Source: an uncultured delta proteobacterium (GTDB lineage: Bacteria > Desulfobacterota > Binatia > UBA9968). Taken from it: a DNA stretch of 64,000 nucleotides. Shown here piece by piece: positions 60,731 to 64,000 of the stretch (positions are counted from its first letter, which is position 1; every line of letters begins with the position of its first letter). The position numbers and the translations under genes are program-made. The notes beneath the pieces were generated by a model that searched no databases, had not been told where the DNA came from, and saw nothing but the letters and a program-made list of their open reading frames with translations. The stretch is from NCBI GenBank assembly GCA_963728565.1, contig CAVSLC010000020.1, positions 64,001 to 128,000 of the forward strand, written 5' to 3'.

Positions 60731-62005
60731 CTACTGGCCGAGACCGAAGTTTTTGATTTTGCAATCTTCCTTGAAATCACCCAGCAGGGAAACTGCCATT
60801 GCCTCGGGCCGAAACAAGGCGCGCGCCAACTCGATGATTTCATCACGGGTGACAGAACGAATACGTTGACAGATCTCATCTGTGGTGATCGATTTGCCGA
60901 AGTAAAGCTCATTGCGAGCGATATGACTCATCCACGAGTCCGTGGATTCCAAGCCCAGCATGATATTTCCCACCAGTTGCCCCCGGGTGCGGCGAACCTC
61001 GTCTTCTTTAATCTCTCCGGCTGCCAGACATTTTAACTCCCTCAACACGAGATCAATGACTTCCTCAACCGCTTCTAAACTGGTGCCGGCATAGATGCCG
61101 AGATAACCCGTATCGCTGTAGGTCGACATGAAAGAGTAAACCGAATAGGCCTTGCCGCGCTTCTCACGAATCTCCTGAAACAACCGAGAACTCATGCCGC
61201 CGCCGAGTATAGTGTTCAGGATATAGCCCGCATGTCGCTGCGGATGGGTCTGGTGAATGCCCGGCATGCCTAAACATAGATGAACCTGTTCCAACGGCTT
61301 AGCATGGGTAAAAACGCCGCTTTTGGTTTGCGGCAAGAGCTCGGAATTGACTCGACTTGGAAGCGCTGAAACAGACTGTTTTGCGCCACCAAGACGCGCA
61401 TTCAACTCCTTCACCAGCTTATCGTGTTGGAAGTGGCCGGCGGCTGCGACAACGACTCTGCTCGGATGATATCGTTCGTGGAAGAAATTGACGAAGTGTT
61501 CCCGACCAAACTTCGAGACAGTTCCAACATGACCGGCAATCGGTCGGCCTAGTGGGTGATTCTGGAAGAAATCCAAACTAAACAGATCGTGCACATAGTC
61601 ATCCGGAGTGTCTTCAGCCTGGGAAATCTCTTGAAGAATAACCGATCTTTCACGCTCGATTTCTTCGGCGTCAAAACTTGAATTGAGAAAAATATCGGTC
61701 AGCAGATCGCTCGCCAGCGGCAGATCTTCGTCAAGCACCTTGGCGTAGTAGCAGGTGTGTTCCTTGGAAGTAAAGGCGTTCAGCAGGCCGCCCACGGCAT
61801 CCATCTCTTCGGCGATCTGCGCCGCCGTGCGTGTCGTCGTTCCCTTGAAAAGCAGATGTTCGATGAAATGGGATATGCCATTCTCATCCGGCAACTCATG
61901 ACGGGAGCCATTCTCAACCCAGATCCCCAAACTCACCGAACGGTGATCGGTCATCTCTTGAGAGACAACTCGGATGCCATTATCCAAAACGCTTTTAGCA
62001 AACAT
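60731..62005 (-). CDS. M16 family zinc peptidase
   Basis: HFIEHLLFKGT (HxxEH), NAFTSKE, LGGGMSSRLFQEIRE. Confidence 0.93.
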   Translation of the reverse strand: MFAKSVLDNGIRVVSQEMTDHRSVSLGIWVENGSRHELPDENGISHFIEHLLFKGTTTRTAAQIAEEMDAVGGLLNAFTSKEHTCYYAKVLDEDLPLASDLLTDIFLNSSFDAEEIERERSVILQEISQAEDTPDDYVHDLFSLDFFQNHPLGRPIAGHVGTVSKFGREHFVNFFHERYHPSRVVVAAAGHFQHDKLVKELNARLGGAKQSVSALPSRVNSELLPQTKSGVFTHAKPLEQVHLCLGMPGIHQTHPQRHAGYILNTILGGGMSSRLFQEIREKRGKAYSVYSFMSTYSDTGYLGIYAGTSLEAVEEVIDLVLRELKCLAAGEIKEDEVRRTRGQLVGNIMLGLESTDSWMSHIARNELYFGKSITTDEICQRIRSVTRDEIIELARALFRPEAMAVSLLGDFKEDCKIKNFGLGQ

Positions 62006-62028
62006 AATAAAAGTACAAACCTGCAGGG

Positions 62029-63999
62029 TTATTCTTCAGGAGGGCCATCTGAGCCGCCGCCAAGGTTTGTTTGTCCCCCGCCGCTTTCTTGAAGAGCCTC
62101 TTTCCGACTAAGCCTGATCTTACCCTGGCGATCGACTTCAAGGACTTTGACCATGACCTCATCGCCCTCTTTAAGCACGTCCGCAACACGACGCACACGT
62201 TCAGGAGCAAGTTGCGAAATATGAATTAGGCCATCAGTGCCGGGGAAAATCTCGACAAAGGCACCGAAATCGACGATCTTCCGCACAGTCCCTTTGTAGA
62301 TCTTCCCAACCTCCGCTTCGGCTGCGATATTCTGGACCATTTGTATAGCTTTTTGTGCAGCGGCTTCATCGCTCGAAGCGATGGTTACGGTGCCATCATC
62401 TTCAACATCCATTTTGACACCGGTTGCTTCAATGATCCCGCGGATAACTTTGCCGCCCGGGCCGATGATTTCACGGATCTTCTCGGGTTTCACTCTGATA
62501 GTGATGATTCGAGGCGCATGGCCCGAAACGTTCGTGCGCGGCACCGACAGAGTCTTGCCCATCTCGCCAAGAATGTGCATGCGTCCTTCCTTGGCTTGAT
62601 AAAGAGCCTGGCGCATGATGTTACGATCAACACCGCTGATTTTGATGTCCATCTGGAGCGAAGTCACCCCCTCAGCGGTTCCTGCAACTTTGAAATCCAT
62701 GTCGCCCAGGTGATCCTCATCGCCGAGAATGTCCGAGAGGATGCGCACATGCTCGCCTTCTTTAATCAACCCCATGGCGATGCCGGCAACTGGAGCGGAA
62801 ACCGGCACACCGGCGTCCATCAAGGAAAGCGATCCTCCGCATACCGTCGCCATCGATGTTGACCCATTCGATTCCAATATCTCTGAAACGATCCGTAACG
62901 TGTACGGGAAGCTCTCCTCCGGTGGTAAAACCGGCAGCAAAGCACGTTCGGCAAGATTGCCATGACCGATCTCACGCCGGCCCGGGCCGCGCAAGAACTT
63001 GACCTCACCGACGCTGAACGGCGGGAAATTGTAATGCAGCATGAATTTTTTGAAGTGCTCGCCGATCAAAGCGTCGACCCTCTGCTCATCGGAAGCGGTG
63101 CCGAGTGTGGTCACCACCAATGCCTGAGTCTCGCCGCGCGTAAACAGGGCGGACCCGTGGGTACGTGGCAAAACCTCGACCTCGCAACTGATCGGCCGAA
63201 TATCCTTTAATCCACGGCCATCGATGCGCCGCTCCTTCTCTATCACCAAGTTTCGAAAACAATTTCTTTTAAGCTCCTCAAAGGCGCCTTTGATATCCTT
63301 AGCCTTGTCCGGATGCTCTGCCAATGCTAGCGGTACTACCTCGCCTTTCACTTCTGCGATGCGCTTGTAGCGTTCCAACTTTTCTGGGACCTCGAGCGCT
63401 TGCTTTAGTTTTGACAGAGCCAAACCTTCAAGCCGTTGGGCCGCGGCCTTATCGAGCTGCGCCAGGGGAACTTGACGTTTGGTCTTGCCGACCGCGCGCC
63501 GAATTTCCTCCTGCATCTCCAACAACGGTTGAATCGCCTCGTGCCCGGCAAACAGCGCTTCTAGAATCTCATCCTCGGGGATTACCTGCGCGCCACCTTC
63601 AACCATGACGATAGCCGAGCGACTCCCTGAGAGAAAGATATCCATATCGCTGTCTGAAAGCTGACTCTGCGTCGGATTCATGACTAGTTGGCCATTGATC
63701 CTGCCGATTCGGACACCTGCCAACGGACCGTTGAAAGGAATGTCCGAAACTTCTAGGGCAACCGACGCTCCAAGCATGGCGACAACGTCGGGATCGTTTT
63801 CGCGGTCGGCAGAAAGAACTGTGGCAATGATCTGGGTCTCGCAACGGAGTCCTTCCGCAAACAGCGGACGAATCGAGCGATCAATCAAACGACACGTAAG
63901 GATCTCCTTTTCCGACGGTCGCCCCTCGCGCTTGAAAAACCCGCCGGGAATTTTTCCGGCGGCAAACGTTTTCTCCTGGTAATCGACCGTCAGGGGAAA
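62029..63999 (-). CDS. pnp: Polyribonucleotide nucleotidyltransferase (5' end outside the window)
   Basis: [50 protein letters not shown] (IIGPGGK) and S1 domains. Confidence 0.97.
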   Translation of the reverse strand, partial: FPLTVDYQEKTFAAGKIPGGFFKREGRPSEKEILTCRLIDRSIRPLFAEGLRCETQIIATVLSADRENDPDVVAMLGASVALEVSDIPFNGPLAGVRIGRINGQLVMNPTQSQLSDSDMDIFLSGSRSAIVMVEGGAQVIPEDEILEALFAGHEAIQPLLEMQEEIRRAVGKTKRQVPLAQLDKAAAQRLEGLALSKLKQALEVPEKLERYKRIAEVKGEVVPLALAEHPDKAKDIKGAFEELKRNCFRNLVIEKERRIDGRGLKDIRPISCEVEVLPRTHGSALFTRGETQALVVTTLGTASDEQRVDALIGEHFKKFMLHYNFPPFSVGEVKFLRGPGRREIGHGNLAERALLPVLPPEESFPYTLRIVSEILESNGSTSMATVCGGSLSLMDAGVPVSAPVAGIAMGLIKEGEHVRILSDILGDEDHLGDMDFKVAGTAEGVTSLQMDIKISGVDRNIMRQALYQAKEGRMHILGEMGKTLSVPRTNVSGHAPRIITIRVKPEKIREIIGPGGKVIRGIIEATGVKMDVEDDGTVTIASSDEAAAQKAIQMVQNIAAEAEVGKIYKGTVRKIVDFGAFVEIFPGTDGLIHISQLAPERVRRVADVLKEGDEVMVKVLEVDRQGKIRLSRKEALQESGGGQTNLGGGSDGPPEE

Positions 64000-64000
64000 G

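Overview
A gene-dense bacterial chromosomal segment (GC about 55% by eye). Expanded amidohydrolase, OCD/mu-crystallin, hydantoinase and solute-binding paralogues plus a pnp-M16 peptidase-dut-pur block suggest a deltaproteobacterial/Binatia-like organism (inference only). It holds rlmI, radC, an M23 peptidase, many small-molecule catabolic enzymes, two MFS transporters, a hybrid sensor kinase, two DUF72 genes, a SWIM-SNF2 helicase, AbgT, hydantoinase A plus two B subunits, a stand-alone SWIB protein and purF-purL-purQ-purS-purB-dut-M16-pnp (pnp cut by the window edge). At least eight genes, including dut, are split by small frameshifts, most likely sequencing/assembly indels. I saw no tRNA, rRNA, CRISPR array, transposase or integrase. 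The main non-coding signals are: (1) four copies of a 120-126 bp palindromic intergenic repeat with compensatory stem changes and a conserved C-C mismatch, three of them next to OCD genes; (2) a 166-nt multi-stem candidate RNA just after purF; (3) 9-bp periodic TTGAAC inverted repeats in the hydantoinase operon; (4) an 88-bp tandem duplication of the purQ start that makes a coupled upstream ORF. Folding and family calls were made by eye and need computational checks.
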